Of a stretch of 64,000 nucleotides of DNA, positions 10,601-24,934 are shown piece after piece. Source of the DNA: Octopus sinensis (Eukaryota); assembly GCF_006345805.1 (NCBI RefSeq), contig NC_042999.1, positions 62,248,001 to 62,312,000 on the forward strand. Direction: 5' to 3'. The notes under the pieces were generated by a model. That model worked only from the letters and a program-made list of their open reading frames with translations, had not been told where the DNA came from and did not search any database. Position numbers and translations under genes: made by a program. Within the stretch, counting starts at the first letter, position 1, and each line of letters begins with the position of its first letter.

Positions 10601-10631
<31 letters not shown>

Positions 10632-10884
10632 AACACACACACACACACACACACACATACATATATAATAATATTTTATAAGCAATCACCATGCAATGAC
10701 TAAAGAAAATAATCTAATATTAGAAAAGTAGGGTTCTTGTACATGTAGGACTCAAACCACAGCTGTGGGTCCGAGTGTGAGTTTGAGTCCCACACTTACA
10801 AGAACCCTACTATTTTCTTTACTCATTGACAATGATCGTTTATAAGCTGTAAGCTTATAAAATATTATTATTATTATTATGTAT

Positions 10885-11070
10885 AAGGTAGCAAGCTGGT
10901 AGAATTGTTAGCATGCTGGACAAAATGCTTAGTGGTATTTTGCCTGTCATTATGTTGTGAGTTCAAATTCCATCAATGTTGAATTTACTTTTCATCCTTT
11001 TGTGGTTATCACTGTAGTTGACTAGTCTTTTTCCCCAAAATTTCAGGCCTTGTTCCTTCAAAAGAAAGGA
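10885..11070 (+). mobile_element. Decayed tRNA-SINE (Nin-like family)
   Basis: AAGGTAGCAAGCTGGTAGAATTGTTAGCATGCTGGA..GAGTTCAAATTC..CTTTTCATCCTTT. Confidence 0.65.
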
Positions 11071-11934
11071 TTGTGATTATTATTTACAGAATTGTAAAAA
11101 TCGATGATGCTTATCAAAGACCATTGCAGAAAAGCATATATATGTGTGTGTGTACACATGATGATCTTTCAGTTTCTGCCTCACAAAGCTTTGGTTGACC
11201 TGGGGCTATATGAAAAGCTATTGCTATGCAATGGAACTTAACCTGAGACCACATCATTGGGAAGTAAGCTTTTTAACAACATAGTCACCCTTGCACCTCA
11301 TCTTTATAATACCTGGCTTGAGAATTATATAGTTTTTATTTTCTTGAAACAGGATTCACATACATCTTGGAGATGTATAAATGCATTCAAATTTTAAAAA
11401 GGATGTTCATGATTAACAGAAATAGTTAGCATTAACAAATATGTTTAAGGTCAACAAAAACATTCAGATTCAACAAATGTTGTATGAGAATACCTTAAGA
11501 GATATTGCTACTTTCTGATGCATAGTCTACATCAATTTGTTTGTACCTCAGTGGGGTCATCAAGCCAATAATAAACACACACACACACACTGGTTCTACT
11601 TCACTTTTTTACTATAATTAGTCAACTCAAAGGTACTGAGCTAGCAGAATCCTTAACATGTTGGGTAAAATGTTTAGTGGCATTTCTTCTGACTCTTTTA
11701 CTAAGTTCCAATTCCACCAAGTTCGACTTTTCCTTTCATGCTCTCAGGGTCAATAAAATAAGTAAATTTTGTTACAAGTGGAGGCTCATATGAATACCAG
11801 AGAGCTATTTCATGAAACAATTGATATTTGGTTTTTATGTATCTGTAAAGTCCAGATACAGCAGATATCCTAATTGCTTTGGGAAGTGCTCTTCTTAGTT
11901 ATTTGCATTGTAGGAGGCATTTGTCATCTGTATT

Positions 11935-12271
11935 GACACCATTTGAGTGTGATCGTTACCAGTGTCACCTTACTGGCACATGAAAAAACATTCGAGTGAA
12001 TGTCATTGCCAGTGCCGCTGGACTGGCTCCTGTGCAGGTGGCACATAAAAAACACCATTTGAGTGTGGCCATTGCCAGTACCACCTGACTGGCCCTCGTG
12101 CCAGTGGCACGTAAAAAGCACCCACTACACTCTCGGAGTGGTTGGCGTCAGAAGAGCATCCAGCTGTAAAAACTCTGCTAGATCAAGATTGGAGCTTGGT
12201 GCAGCCATCTGGTTCGCCAGTCCTCAGTCAAATCGTCCAACCCATGCTAGCATGGAAAGCGGATGTTAAAC

Positions 12272-12305
<34 letters not shown>
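11935..12305 (+). mobile_element. (GAT)n-tailed SINE
   Basis: GGCACATAAAAAACACCATTTGAG modules, core motif and long (GAT)n tail. Confidence 0.8.
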
Positions 12306-12308
<3 letters not shown>

Positions 12309-13404
12309 ATTGTAGGAGTGGTGAAAATTCCTTTCAATATGCCCAGTGATGAAAACCTGTTCTTTTATTGTGAAGAATGAGTGCTGCTACCAAGCCAATG
12401 ATAAATTGGCCAAATATGATGACACCAGTACCAGCACCAGCACTGCCAACACCAGCACTGTCAAAGCCACCACTGACACAACGACCATCATGATGATCAT
12501 CTTCACCATAGAAGTCAACAATATCATATCCAGCTGCAGTAACAACAACACAAAGTATTGTAAGGCAACTGCTAAAATTGCTTCTTTTGTAAGCATGCTG
12601 AGAAGCATGGAGAAATGAGAACTACAGAAGGAACAATTGAGAGAAGCCAAAGGGAAGACATTAAAGAAAAGCGAAAGGTTGTCTTGACCAGAGTTCTGGG
12701 ATCAATACAAAATAGAGAAAAATCTACAGAGATGCACCAATGCAAAGAGCAGAAATTTAGTGCAAAAAAGGTTGTCACAAGATCAAGTGGATTCAATCTG
12801 AAGATGGCATGAGGAAGAAAAACCTTTGTCGCTTGTAGTAGGCACCATACTCTATCAAACCTGCAGTATCCATCAACAGGAAGAATGAACTCTCTTATTG
12901 TTGTCACCGGAGGTATGCCTTGTTAATGAACTTCAAACCACCGACAGCCAACAATCCAGATATACTACCTTAGGCTTGCCTGCTGCATACTCAAGAGCAC
13001 AGCACTTAACACCTGCAGTTCAAGTAGACTACAGCCCCATTCCATACTAGCACCACCAAATCTGGTTACTCCCATGGAAAGGCTGTCGCTACAAGTCCTT
13101 CACTAACTCACAACAACAACCTTTTCAGCCATGTGCCACAGCAAATGCAATAAATTGATGTTGCCAAATAAACAGTACTGTAGCCTCCAGACATAGCAGC
13201 AACAGCTGCTTACCTTCCCGTTGTAGAAAAAGTGGTACGCTAATGAAGTTGATTATGTAATTCGTGTTCCCTTGTCATGCCTTTCATTTCATATTTCACT
13301 CTGTGCTCGCCAGATGCATTATTCTGAAGCATATATATAAATCAAGTTCTAACAGCAGGTTGTTAATATCATTATGTCTAAGCAAAACCTTAATTTATGT
13401 ATAT

Positions 13405-13985
13405 ATCATCATCATCATCATCATTATCGTTTAATGTCCACTTTCCATGCTAGCATGGGTTGGACGATTTGACTGAGGACTGGCGAACCAGATGGCTGCA
13501 CCAGGCTTCAATCTTAATCTGGCAGAGTTTCTACAGCTGGATGCCCTTCCTAACGCCAACCACTCCGAGAGTGTAGTGGGTGCTTTTACATGCCACCAGC
13601 ACAAAAGCTAGTCAGGCGGTACTGGCAACGGCTACGCTCAAATGGTGCTTTTTATGTGCCACTTGCACAGGAGCCAGTCCAGCAGCACTGGCAATGACCT
13701 CACTCGAATGTTTTACAGATGCCACTGGCATAAGTGCCAGTAAGGCGACGGTGGTAATGACCACGCTTGAATGGTGCTTTTTACTTGCCACCAGCACGGA
13801 AGCTAGTCAGCTGCTCTGGCAATGATCATGCTCGGATGGTACACTTAGAGCTCCACTAGCACGGATGCCAGTCATCAAATTTGATTTCGATTTCACCTGC
13901 CTCAACAGGTCTTCGGAAGCAGAGTTTAGTGTCCAATAAAGGAAAGGTATGCATAAGTGGGCTGGTTACACCCCTATATGTATAT
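13405..13985 (-). mobile_element. (GAT)n-tailed SINE, long form
   Basis: (CAT)n tail, core motif and repeated internal modules. Confidence 0.8.
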
Positions 13986-14769
13986 ATATAAATCATCATT
14001 GATGATGATGAATAAGATGATATACAAATCATAAACATTTAGCCATAAAAACACCATTATTAAAAGTATATCTATTACTAGAGATAGAACCATTTATAAC
14101 TCACAACCACCACCACCACCATCACCACGACACACATTTTAATTTTTTTGTCCCTTAACCACTAACATGACAAATACTCTTCCCAGGTGGACAATAGCAC
14201 ACCAAGTGACCACACATACACATACACCCATCCACTGATACACTCACATTTACACATATATATATTTTTTTGAAGAAGTATTAACTAAAAAAACACTAAA
14301 TAAAAACATTCACATGTGCATGCACACACACACACACAGTATTATTTATCCAAAAATAAAATACCACAAAAAACAAATGTTCTCACAAAATAATCCCCAC
14401 CCCACAAAACAAAATCACTCAATCATAAAAAGCAACATTCATTAGAAATATAGCTAATAGATACACCCTTAATTACTTTTTCGAATAAACCCATTAAAAA
14501 AAAGCATTCAATTAAAAATCCTGACATACTTATACACACAGACACAAGTAAATTAAAACACATACATAAATAAAAATAAACAAATAATCAAAAACGCCCA
14601 CCACCACTTACCAACAAACCATATACAAATTATTACCACCATCACCACCCTTGCCTAGAATTGCAGGGAATACAAACACCGCACCACAGAAATAACATGC
14701 AATCAATGAAAGACATGAAAATGTTAACCAACTAAGAAACACAAACACCTGGACACACATACACCAATA

Positions 14770-14957
14770 TAATGGAAGTCTATCAGGTTTCGACAATGAT
14801 GTCAGTGACGCTGGAGGTGGGAGCGGAACCCAAAAGTGGACGCGCAGATGCGGCCACATGTTGGGCACATAACAGCAGAAGTAGGGTTGGAGATCTTCTC
14901 ATTTCGGGCTTGTCGCTTCAGGTCCGGGCTTTGAGGCGCATTTCCTCGAACAGCCTA
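14770..14957 (-). mobile_element. 5'-truncated RTE-clade LINE 3' end with 9-bp target-site duplication
   Basis: Minus strand reads VRLFEEMRLKA, then after a frameshift DLKRQARNEKISNPTSAVMCPTCGRICASTFGFRSHLQRH*, a typical RTE C-terminal zinc finger. ACACCAATA flanks it at 14761-14769 and 14958-14966. Confidence 0.8.
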
Positions 14958-14981
14958 ACACCAATAGATATATATACATAT

Positions 14982-15016
<35 letters not shown>

Positions 15017-15134
15017 TCACGAATGCCAAGATGTAACAGTTCTATCTGAAGATGTCAGTAGCATGAAACTTGAGTCACAATACAAACTTTTAGTTTCAAT
15101 TTCACTTTCAATAAAAATACTTTATATCAATGTG

Positions 15135-15136
15135 TG

Positions 15137-15215
<79 letters not shown>
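15135..15215. repeat. (GATA)n microsatellite
   Basis: Direct run. Confidence 0.95.
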
Positions 15216-15216
<1 letters not shown>

Positions 15217-16426
15217 CACATATCATATATATGTGTGTATATATGTACGTGTGAATACATACACACACACACACATATGTAAAAGTATGTACACACACAG
15301 ATATATGCAAAAAACATATAGACTACCCGACATGGTGTTTCAACATGATTTCACCACCTCAGTTGTAGATATTGCCACAGCCATTTGGAGCTTGAACAGG
15401 ACTTCCTTTCCCATATAGAGAAAACATAGAAAATAACAAATTTATGGAAAACAACAAACAATACATTTTCTAGTGTGTTCAGAGGCTTATCAGGCTGGAA
15501 TCAATTCGGTACATGCACACGAAGCAGCAGAGATCCAAATAAAGATGTATACATTTATTTTTAACATATCCCTTACACTTGAATATAAATGACATTCATT
15601 GTATACTTCATTTCACAATGCTCTGGTCCACTCTGTTGTAAACCCATTCCAACTATAGCTGGAAAGTTATCCCTGTGATGGGCCAGTGTCTCATTCAAGA
15701 GTAAGTGTTGTTATCTCAGGCATTTATATAAACTATGAAAACCGAGTTAAGTTCCAACCTTAAGGGTCCTAGGACTCATATCTAATCAAAGCCAATTGTT
15801 GTTTAACCCCCATGTGAATTGTGATTAGGCAGATCTATGATGAAAGGCAATGTAGTTGAGATCATTCTGTCTTATTCTTTTCTAGGTATAGTCAATCTCA
15901 GACTACATTATCCAGTGTGTTCTTCCATTTATTGTTTTTGACAGTGTGATATCATCTGAGAGAGATTTAGAAACTATTTCTAGCTATGTAGCAGCTCCCT
16001 CTTTGGCTCGTAGAAAAATAATGTTTACTAATTAATGTCACCAACATCTTAAAAATATTCAAGGTTGGTGTAAGAACAAGATAATAATGGAGGATTGAGA
16101 AGAGTAACTTTTGATGATGACAATAAATGTTTTATTATGGATAGTTAGCTGTGGAAAGACATATGAGGAGGAGAGAAAGAGAGATAGGTAGAAAGTTAGA
16201 GAGAGAGAGAAACAGACAGACAGACAGAGAATGAGATAGGAGTGCAAAAACTTTGGATGGAATATGCAATAATAACAGTCGCTGCATTCATGGATGTGAA
16301 TTCGACTGGGGTAAAAGCAAAAAGTTGCTGTTGTGTAATACCCAGGTCAACTTTTACTGAGCAGACCTATAATCAAAAGCATTCTAGACATAATGTCCAC
16401 TACAATATTTTTGTGTATATTTAGAA

Positions 16427-16794
16427 CTAGCACTATGACCCGGCAACACTGGGTCATAGTGCTAGTGCATGCATATACAGCTGCGTGCATACGCACATAC
16501 ACGCAAGTACTGTCCACATCTCCAACCAGTCACATACAGCTAGCTGGCATTCAATTGGCGTATCAAGTTTCGGGCATTTTGATTGGGTTTTGGATAGAAA
16601 ATTCACAAAAAAGTAACTTCAATTGGTTTTTTAATGGCTTTGTAAGGTGACTGGGGAAATGTAAAGATGTGCACAACCACCCTTGGACGGTTTTGAATGA
16701 CCATAGAAAGTGCGAGCCCTCTAACTGAAAAATTGTGGATTTGTATAAAGGACACACACACACACAGACATTTTGCCGTTTATATATATGGAGA
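16427..16794 (-). mobile_element. 368-bp non-autonomous Helitron
   Basis: Minus strand reads A|TCTCCATATATATAAACGGC...GACCCAGTGTTGCCGGGTC-ATAGTGCTAG|T: 5' TC, subterminal hairpin, 3' CTAG, AT target. Same length and family as 40170-40537. Confidence 0.85.
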
Positions 16795-16964
16795 TTACAT
16801 AATCCAATGTGTCCTTTTTTTAAGAGGAGAGAATAGTTTAAAAGTGATAAAAGTTATTATTTCTTGCAGGTTGAATGCATGCATTCAGGCTCTGGATCAG
16901 TGAATTTATTGGACTTGCTAGATGAAAAAACTAAAACAAATGAGAAATGGTTAGAAGTTATAGG

Positions 16965-17325
16965 TTAAAGAGTAAAGGTTAAACGTTAAAGACCCCCTTC
17001 AGTCATGAATGACCATGGGATTGCACCTAGGAAGTTCCCCACCAAAGCACAAATCCAGTCAAAGTTATATATGGAAGACCAGCAGTCGCCCATGCATACC
17101 AACCTCTCCTCTCCACACCACCAATGTTATCCAAGGGAAAGGCAACAGCTGATACAGTTTGGCACCAGGGATGTTACAACTCATTTCTACAGCTGAGTGA
17201 ACTAGAGTAGCATGAAATAAAGTGTCTTGCTCAAGAATACAACACACAGCCCGGTCTGGGAATTGAACTCACTACTTCATGATTGTGAGCCCAACACTCT
17301 TGCCACTGAGCCATGAGCCTTCACT
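16965..17325 (-). mobile_element. tRNA-derived SINE (family also at 42601-42925)
   Basis: Head complement CCGGTCTGGGAATTGAACTCAC..CCACTGAGCCATG; body shared with 42601-42925. Confidence 0.8.
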
Positions 17326-17404
17326 ATACAGCTATGACAAGCTCAATATTAAATCATTAATAATTTTCTGGTTTCTCCATAAGCCACTTTTATGGATATT
17401 AGCA

Positions 17405-17820
17405 GAATCTTGATCTGGCAGAGTTTCTACAGCTGGATGCCCTTCCTAACGCCAATCACTCCGAGAGTGTAGTGGGTACAGTCAGGCGCTACTGGCAATG
17501 ACCTCGCTCGAATCTTTTACACATGCCACCAGTACAGGTGCCAGTAAGGTGATGCTGGTAACGATCATGCTCGAATGGTGTCTTTTACGTGCCACTGACA
17601 CGGAGGCCAGATAGCCGCTCTAGCAACTATCACGCTCGGATGGTGCTCTTAATACCCTACTAGCACGGGGCTCGAGTGCCAGTAACACGACACTGGTAAT
17701 GATCACGCTCGAATGGTGCCTTTTAAATGCCACAGGCACGGAAGCCGGTTAGCCGCTCTGTCAATGATCACACTCATATGGTGCTCTTTGCACCCCGCTA
17801 GCACGGACACCAGTCTCCAC
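17405..17820 (-). mobile_element. (GAT)n-tailed SINE lacking its tail
   Basis: Core GAGTTTCTACAGCTGGATGCCCTTCCTAACGCC and internal modules. Confidence 0.75.
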
Positions 17821-19516
17821 GTTATTCTATCAAAAGTGATACTTATTTATTCGCATCATTTTGAATGAATCATGTATGATTTTGTAGCTTTGAGATTTGA
17901 TGAGAAAACTTTTGATTTTTAGAACGATATTGTAGGCTAGGTGTAAGAGGCCAGATCTGGTATGTTTGAACACAAAACAGGTAGAAGATTTAAATCAGAT
18001 ATGGCCAGTTTAAATGCTAAAAGGTTAATGTTACTAACCCAACCCTCGTCATCTTTTTACTATTCCTCTTTCACACAAAAGTTTGTCCACACATCATGGT
18101 ATTCATATTATACCAAAAAAATAAAATAGCTAAAATACTCATTATTTATCAAACACAATGTTCAGCACAATTTATTCAGAGTGATATGCAGGTGAATGGA
18201 TGAAATTTCAAATTCTTGATTTTTTGTTTGTTTGTAAGTTGAGAAATGTTTGTTTCCTGCCTATTAGCATTGTCTTATATGTTCCCAAGCAAGTCGTTTA
18301 TAACTATTTGCATGAGAACTCCTGCTTATCTAATTCTTAATGGGGCATTTACATTAAAGTACATTCATGATGAACTGGATTCACAAAAATGGTTTGATTC
18401 TTACTTTAACTTGTTCTAGTAATTAATGCACCTTGGAATAAAAGTGAATATTGCACCTCCTTGTTGCCTTTCAATAATAATCTGTGCACCGCCTTTGAAA
18501 TCATTAAAGCATTTGAATGGAAGCGATACATTCAAAGAAGTTAGCCCCCACTGCCTTTAGAGTATAAAACGATTCTAAAAGATTTATGTAGAAGTAAATA
18601 GCTATTTACTTAAACTTCTTGAACTCTTTAATTCCTGGTCTAAGGAGCTAGGTATTTAAAATGATTAGGATAAAAAGTGTGGGACGAAACATTCATCATG
18701 TTTTCAAATTTAATTCCTACAATAATAACCCTAAATAAATAATACATTCATTCATGCATCAATGAATATACACACATAGTTATAATTTAAAATTACCCTG
18801 ACGTTGAATAGAATAGGAATGCTCAACGTTTTAAAGTTGAGTGAGGCAGGTAAAACTCATAAAATGCTACCAGATCATACGAATACAAAATTCTTCAGAA
18901 ACTTAGAACATTGATAAAATGAAAATTAACTTGGAAAAGTTCGAAATGATTATCTAAAAGTGCTACTAATTAAATTATATGACGAGATTTAATGCCTTCG
19001 AATAAGGAGACAGTAAATTTTAAACCCATCAACTGCTTTAATTTATATTCCATGTTAACCTGTAGTAGTCAAGTAATAACTAATTTAATTTCAAACAAAA
19101 TAAACTAAGACAAGAATTAAAGTATCTTGACTAATATAATGCAATAACTACAGAGGAAATACTAAGTCAGCCAGCAGCCATGAGTCTAACATTATCCTTG
19201 ATACCGACTCACGTGCCGGTGTTAAAGTCATTTGCGTCTCTTAATACTTGGAAAAGTTGGAGATAATCGAAGTCATATCGTTTAATAGTCATTCTAAAAT
19301 TCGTCAGAAAATACTCATTTCAAGGGAGTGTTTTACAGTAGGGGGCGATTTATCAAGGCTGAATCATATTTTAGTTTATAATTTTATCCCAGTATAGTTC
19401 TTCAATACCTACTTTTGCTATCATCAGCCCTAGAATCATATACATATATACATATATAATAATGTTTGATATTTTCAAAGATTAAAACATCGTTGGCTAC
19501 GACAAGCGAAACATCG

Positions 19517-19605
<89 letters not shown>

Positions 19606-20047
19606 TATTGAGAAACAAAATCTAAATGACCAAACTGTAATCAACACAAGTCACCTGGCCTAGTAGGAATTACTAAATATATGCGAGCATAATGCAGTGT
19701 AAGTCACAAGCACTGAAAAAAGAAAAGTTAATAAAAATATGCGTACATGTAATAGAAATAAAAAAATACTTTTCTTTTCTTTAATTATTCGATGTATGTT
19801 TAGTTTCTGTTTTGCTTCAAGCTAACGGGTAATGTTTCAGTTAATGAAGGGCATTTCTAAGCATACACACACACACACACACATGAAAACATTCTCATAA
19901 TATATGCATATACGTATTAACACACGCACATACATATATCGATATATTCATATATATGGGCATATATATATATAGATATAGATATATATATATGCCCATA
20001 TATATATATAATATATATATATAATATATATATATATATGTGTGTGT

Positions 20048-20086
<39 letters not shown>

Positions 20087-21409
20087 GCCTGTGTATATAC
20101 CTATATGTATGTATAATTGTAAGTTATATTATATATATATATTCATATATTCACACACCTGCATGCAGATACAAATACATGCAATCTATATATACACAAA
20201 CAAATACCACAAACATATGCAAGCACACACATAAATAAATTCATACATAGAAACAGGAGAAATGTCAGCATAACCTATCTCTGTGTTATTACCATAATTT
20301 CAGCGAGTAGAAAAGAAATGAATTCAATTCAATCTCCATAATTATTATACCACAGCAGACATGGTTAGTGCATATATTTGTAACTCCACACACTTTATAA
20401 TAGCAACAGTTGCATATTCCGAAGGCAATTTCTTAACTCTGTGCCAAGTATTATTCGTATTAAAGTCTAGCGAACTTTACAGTTTTTTTCTCTCCTTCCT
20501 CTCCTTCTCATCACATGTCACAAAGCACCTGTGTTTTAGATAGATAGATACATAGCTGCTGTATTGTCTGTTCGTCTTTCTCTCGCTCCTGTCTATTTGT
20601 GGGTGTGTTCACGGACATCTATCTACTAATGCAAGTGTCAATAATTGTAGATAGATAGATGTGCATCAGTGTCCCAGAAAATATACATACGCCGAAAGAA
20701 GATGAAGAAATTAATGATTATCATTAATAACCCTCGACAACTACCAATAAAGTGAATGCAACAAACTAACGAGGGGACCTTTACTGTACGTGATAGGAGG
20801 GAATAACACTGGATAATGTAATCTTCAAATATATTATTGTCAAGGAAAGAAAATGGGGTGGTTAAGACCAGAACGTCTCAGATCTGTTCTGCGCAATGAC
20901 AGCTAACCTGGGGCGAAACGACAACTACACTTAATAAAAACAGTAGAGTGCTGAACCAGATACTTGGCAGTATCATGCTGCATGCCTGGTGTTTCAGCGA
21001 TCTAATTTAGCCTCCGTCAACACCGCACTTATAGTAAGACTAATTACATCCTTTCTCTTTGATCCAGAATAAGATGTTCCGCGGCATCTAGTCCGGGACT
21101 TCTCTAAATCTTGATTTCAGTTTACGCGCGGGTTAATTCAGCCTTTTTAGTAGAACAGTGAGAGAAGAGAAGATGCTGGAGTCAGTTGAAGTCAACTTTT
21201 CCTCTTCACCAATAACATTGACCTTGTACTAAGTATTAAAAAAAAAAAAAGAGGAAAGAAATTCTATAGAGGTGGCAGTGGAACTGACTTCGGATATATA
21301 TATATATTTGAATATTTCGACGATGTACTTGTCTGACAAGTGATTTGATCTGAGATCGTGCATTGAAAGTGAAAACATTGCAGCTTGGAAGCACTTATTA
21401 GCCCTTCAT

Positions 21410-21595
21410 AAATATTCTAATATATATATATAATATATATCTATATTAAAATATATACACATATATAGATATATATATATATTAGATATATAGATATATT
21501 ATATAGATATATATTATATAGATATATTATATAATATATATATATATATATATAATTGTATATGTATATATGTATATATATATATGTTGTATGTA

Positions 21596-21628
<33 letters not shown>

Positions 21629-21630
21629 AT

Positions 21631-21663
<33 letters not shown>

Positions 21664-21808
21664 AAATATTATTAGAGACAAAACCACTATTTTGCAAAAC
21701 AAACAAGGAAAGACTTAATCAGTACCATAAAATTTTAATAAATAGTCAAAATACTTGGCAGTATATGTATATATGTATATATTATATATATATATATGTA
21801 TATATGTA

Positions 21809-21891
<83 letters not shown>

Positions 21892-21955
21892 GCATGCATA
21901 TATATGTGTGTGTGTATGAATATAAATATATACATATAATGTGTGTGTATATATA
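21410..21955. repeat. (TA)n-rich compound microsatellite
   Basis: Direct low-complexity sequence. Confidence 0.9.
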
Positions 21956-22688
21956 GTTGTACCGAGTGTAATCCGGCAACTTCGATTTAAATGTTCAAAT
22001 TCCTCGGAAGTTCATTTTACATTTAATGACTGCATGAGTTCGATGAAAAATATATAGATAAAATAGAATAGCATTTAAGATATTGGGGCGTAAATGTAAA
22101 TGACATACCCACCCCTCCCTAATAAAAACTGGCGTTATGCCCAGTGAAAAGAAATCAATAACGTTTATTTATTTATTAATTTGTGCTCTCTATCTGACGG
22201 CGAGTACATGTTGATTAGTTTTTGTCATTCAATAGACATGGTTACGTGTCAACTAGTTTCATTCAATACATTATATTACAAATACATCATCGACTATACA
22301 ATAACCATCCACCCTTAAAGAAAATAAATAAATATTAAAACAAAATAAAAAATAAACAATTTAAAATATTTGAAGAATTATTCCCTTTCTGTAATACTAA
22401 TTAAATTAAATATATATTAATAATAGTTTTTTTTAAACAATAATAATGAAGAGAAAAAATGTGCATGAGTGTATGTATGTGCATGCGTATGTGTGTATGT
22501 ATGTATGTGTGTGTATGTATTACTTTTAAACGGCAGAAGTTACAAAGTGAATCAAAGACCAAGAGTTTCGTGTATGACACTTGCTAAATTTTATGCAAGC
22601 ACGAACTCTCACTTCATAACTTATGCTGATATATATATATATATAATATATATATCCGATATAATATATATATATATATATATATATG

Positions 22689-22732
<44 letters not shown>

Positions 22733-23519
22733 TATATATATATATATAGATATATATATTATATATTCTACAATAGTATATATGTATGTATGAACAGTGA
22801 CTGTTGTATTGATTGATAAGACCAGATAATACGTATATGAGATGCAATGACAACTAAGAAAATTTTCTTTTCTCATAATTGCACAATTTGAGGAGTAAAA
22901 TAGCACCACTAGCGTCATCCATGTATTGCTGAAACTTGTACCCTTTCCATATATTAGTGCACATTATGCATAAACTGCTGTTACAATAGTATAAAAATCG
23001 TGCTTGCAATTCAATACACATGCACATGACAGGCGCGCATCTACTCACCCCCTCTCTTTCACACTAATATCTACGTTTATTCACGCACACTCACTCTCTC
23101 TTTCCTACTCATAATCATTCTATCTATCGCTTTTGTGCTCTCCCTACTTCTCTCTCTCTCTGTCTTTCTTTCAGTTCTCCCCCCTCTATATGGTAATAAA
23201 CATTTCTCTCATTATCTATTACATTATCGCTTTATCTATCACTCTCTCATTGTGTCTATCTCTCTTTCTTTCTCTCTTTATCTTTCTACTTACACATACG
23301 CATATATAAAAAGGCGACTATTAGTGATCCTCGATAGTCGTTTTTTTTTTTTTATTATTCCCCAATCTGTGTCATACATACATACATACGTAATCCCTCT
23401 CGCTATATAGCCCTGCTTTCGATTATAAAAAGAATGTAGTTTCACATCTAGGGTCACTCACACATACAAACGCACGCGCGCACATACACATGCACGCACG
23501 CGCACACCCCTCTCTCTTA

Positions 23520-23581
<62 letters not shown>

Positions 23582-23582
23582 C

Positions 23583-23613
<31 letters not shown>

Positions 23614-23616
23614 ATT

Positions 23617-23716
23617 NNNNNNNNNNNNNNNNNNNNNNNNNNNNNNNNNNNNNNNNNNNNNNNNNNNNNNNNNNNNNNNNNNNNNNNNNNNNNNNNNNNN
23701 NNNNNNNNNNNNNNNN
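23617..23716. other. Assembly gap (100 N)
   Basis: Run of N characters. Confidence 1.
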
Positions 23717-24551
23717 TATGTATTGTATATATATATAGGTATGTATATATATAGGTATTTATATATATATAGGTATGTATATGTATATATATATAGGTAT
23801 GTATATATATAGGTATTTATATATATATAGGTATGTATATGTATATATGTATAGGTATGTAAATGTGTATATATATAGGTATGTATATGTGTATATATTT
23901 AGGTATGTATATATATATATACACATATATATATATATACATATATGATGAACGGCTATGAGAAACTCAGAGTAACAGATTTTGTTGAATTTTCTGCTGC
24001 TTTAAATAAAGTATGTATATATGTATAAATATATATATGTGTATATGTATATATGTATAAATATATATATGTGTATATGTATATATGTATAAATATATAT
24101 ATGTGTATATGTATATGTGTATAAATATATATCTGTCTATATGTATATATATGCTTGTATATATGTATAAATATATATCTTTCTATATGTATATATGTCT
24201 ATATGTATATATATATATATTTGTATATATATATATGTGTATATGTATATATATATATATGTATATATATATATGTGTATATGTATATATATATCTGTAT
24301 ATATATATGTGTATATGTATATATATATGTGTATATGTATATATATATGTGTATATGTATATATATATATGTGTATATGTATATATATATCTGTATATAT
24401 ATATATGTGTATATATATATGTGTGTATATGTATATATATATGTATATATATATGTGTGTATATATATATATGTGTATATGTATATATATATGTGTATAT
24501 GTATATATATGTGTATATGTATATATGTGTATATGTATATATATGTGTATA

Positions 24552-24600
<49 letters not shown>

Positions 24601-24612
24601 TTGTATATGTGT
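23717..24612. repeat. TA/TG-rich micro- and minisatellites (ATATATAGGTATGT-type, then GTGTATATGTATATAT-type)
   Basis: Direct low-complexity sequence. Confidence 0.9.
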
Positions 24613-24720
24613 TGATCAAGTGTCATGTATCAGAGGTGGATTCACATATTAGTGAAGCTCATTCAGCGGTGGTGCCCCAGCATGGCTGCGGCCTTCTGGC
24701 TAAGACATTTTTAAGGATTT
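24610..24720 (+). mobile_element. Extremely 5'-truncated CR1-like LINE 3' end
   Basis: Matches the reverse complement of 62715-62830 (GTTGATCAAGTG..AGAGGTGGATTCACATATTAG..GGTGGTGCCCCAGCATGG..AGGATTT). Confidence 0.8.
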
Positions 24721-24934
24721 TATATACATATTCATATACATATGTATACATATACATATTTATATACATATGTATACATATACATATTTATATACATATG
24801 TATACATATACATATTTATATACATATATATACATATACATATTTATATACATATGTATACATATGCATATGTATATACATATGTATACATATACATATT
24901 TATATACATATATATATACATATTTATATACATA

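Noticed and set aside
15472-15506. 35-nt + strand micro-exon candidate (TTTTCTAG|..TTCG|GTACAT)
   Set aside because: Splice-like motifs only; such matches arise by chance and I found no compatible neighbouring exons.
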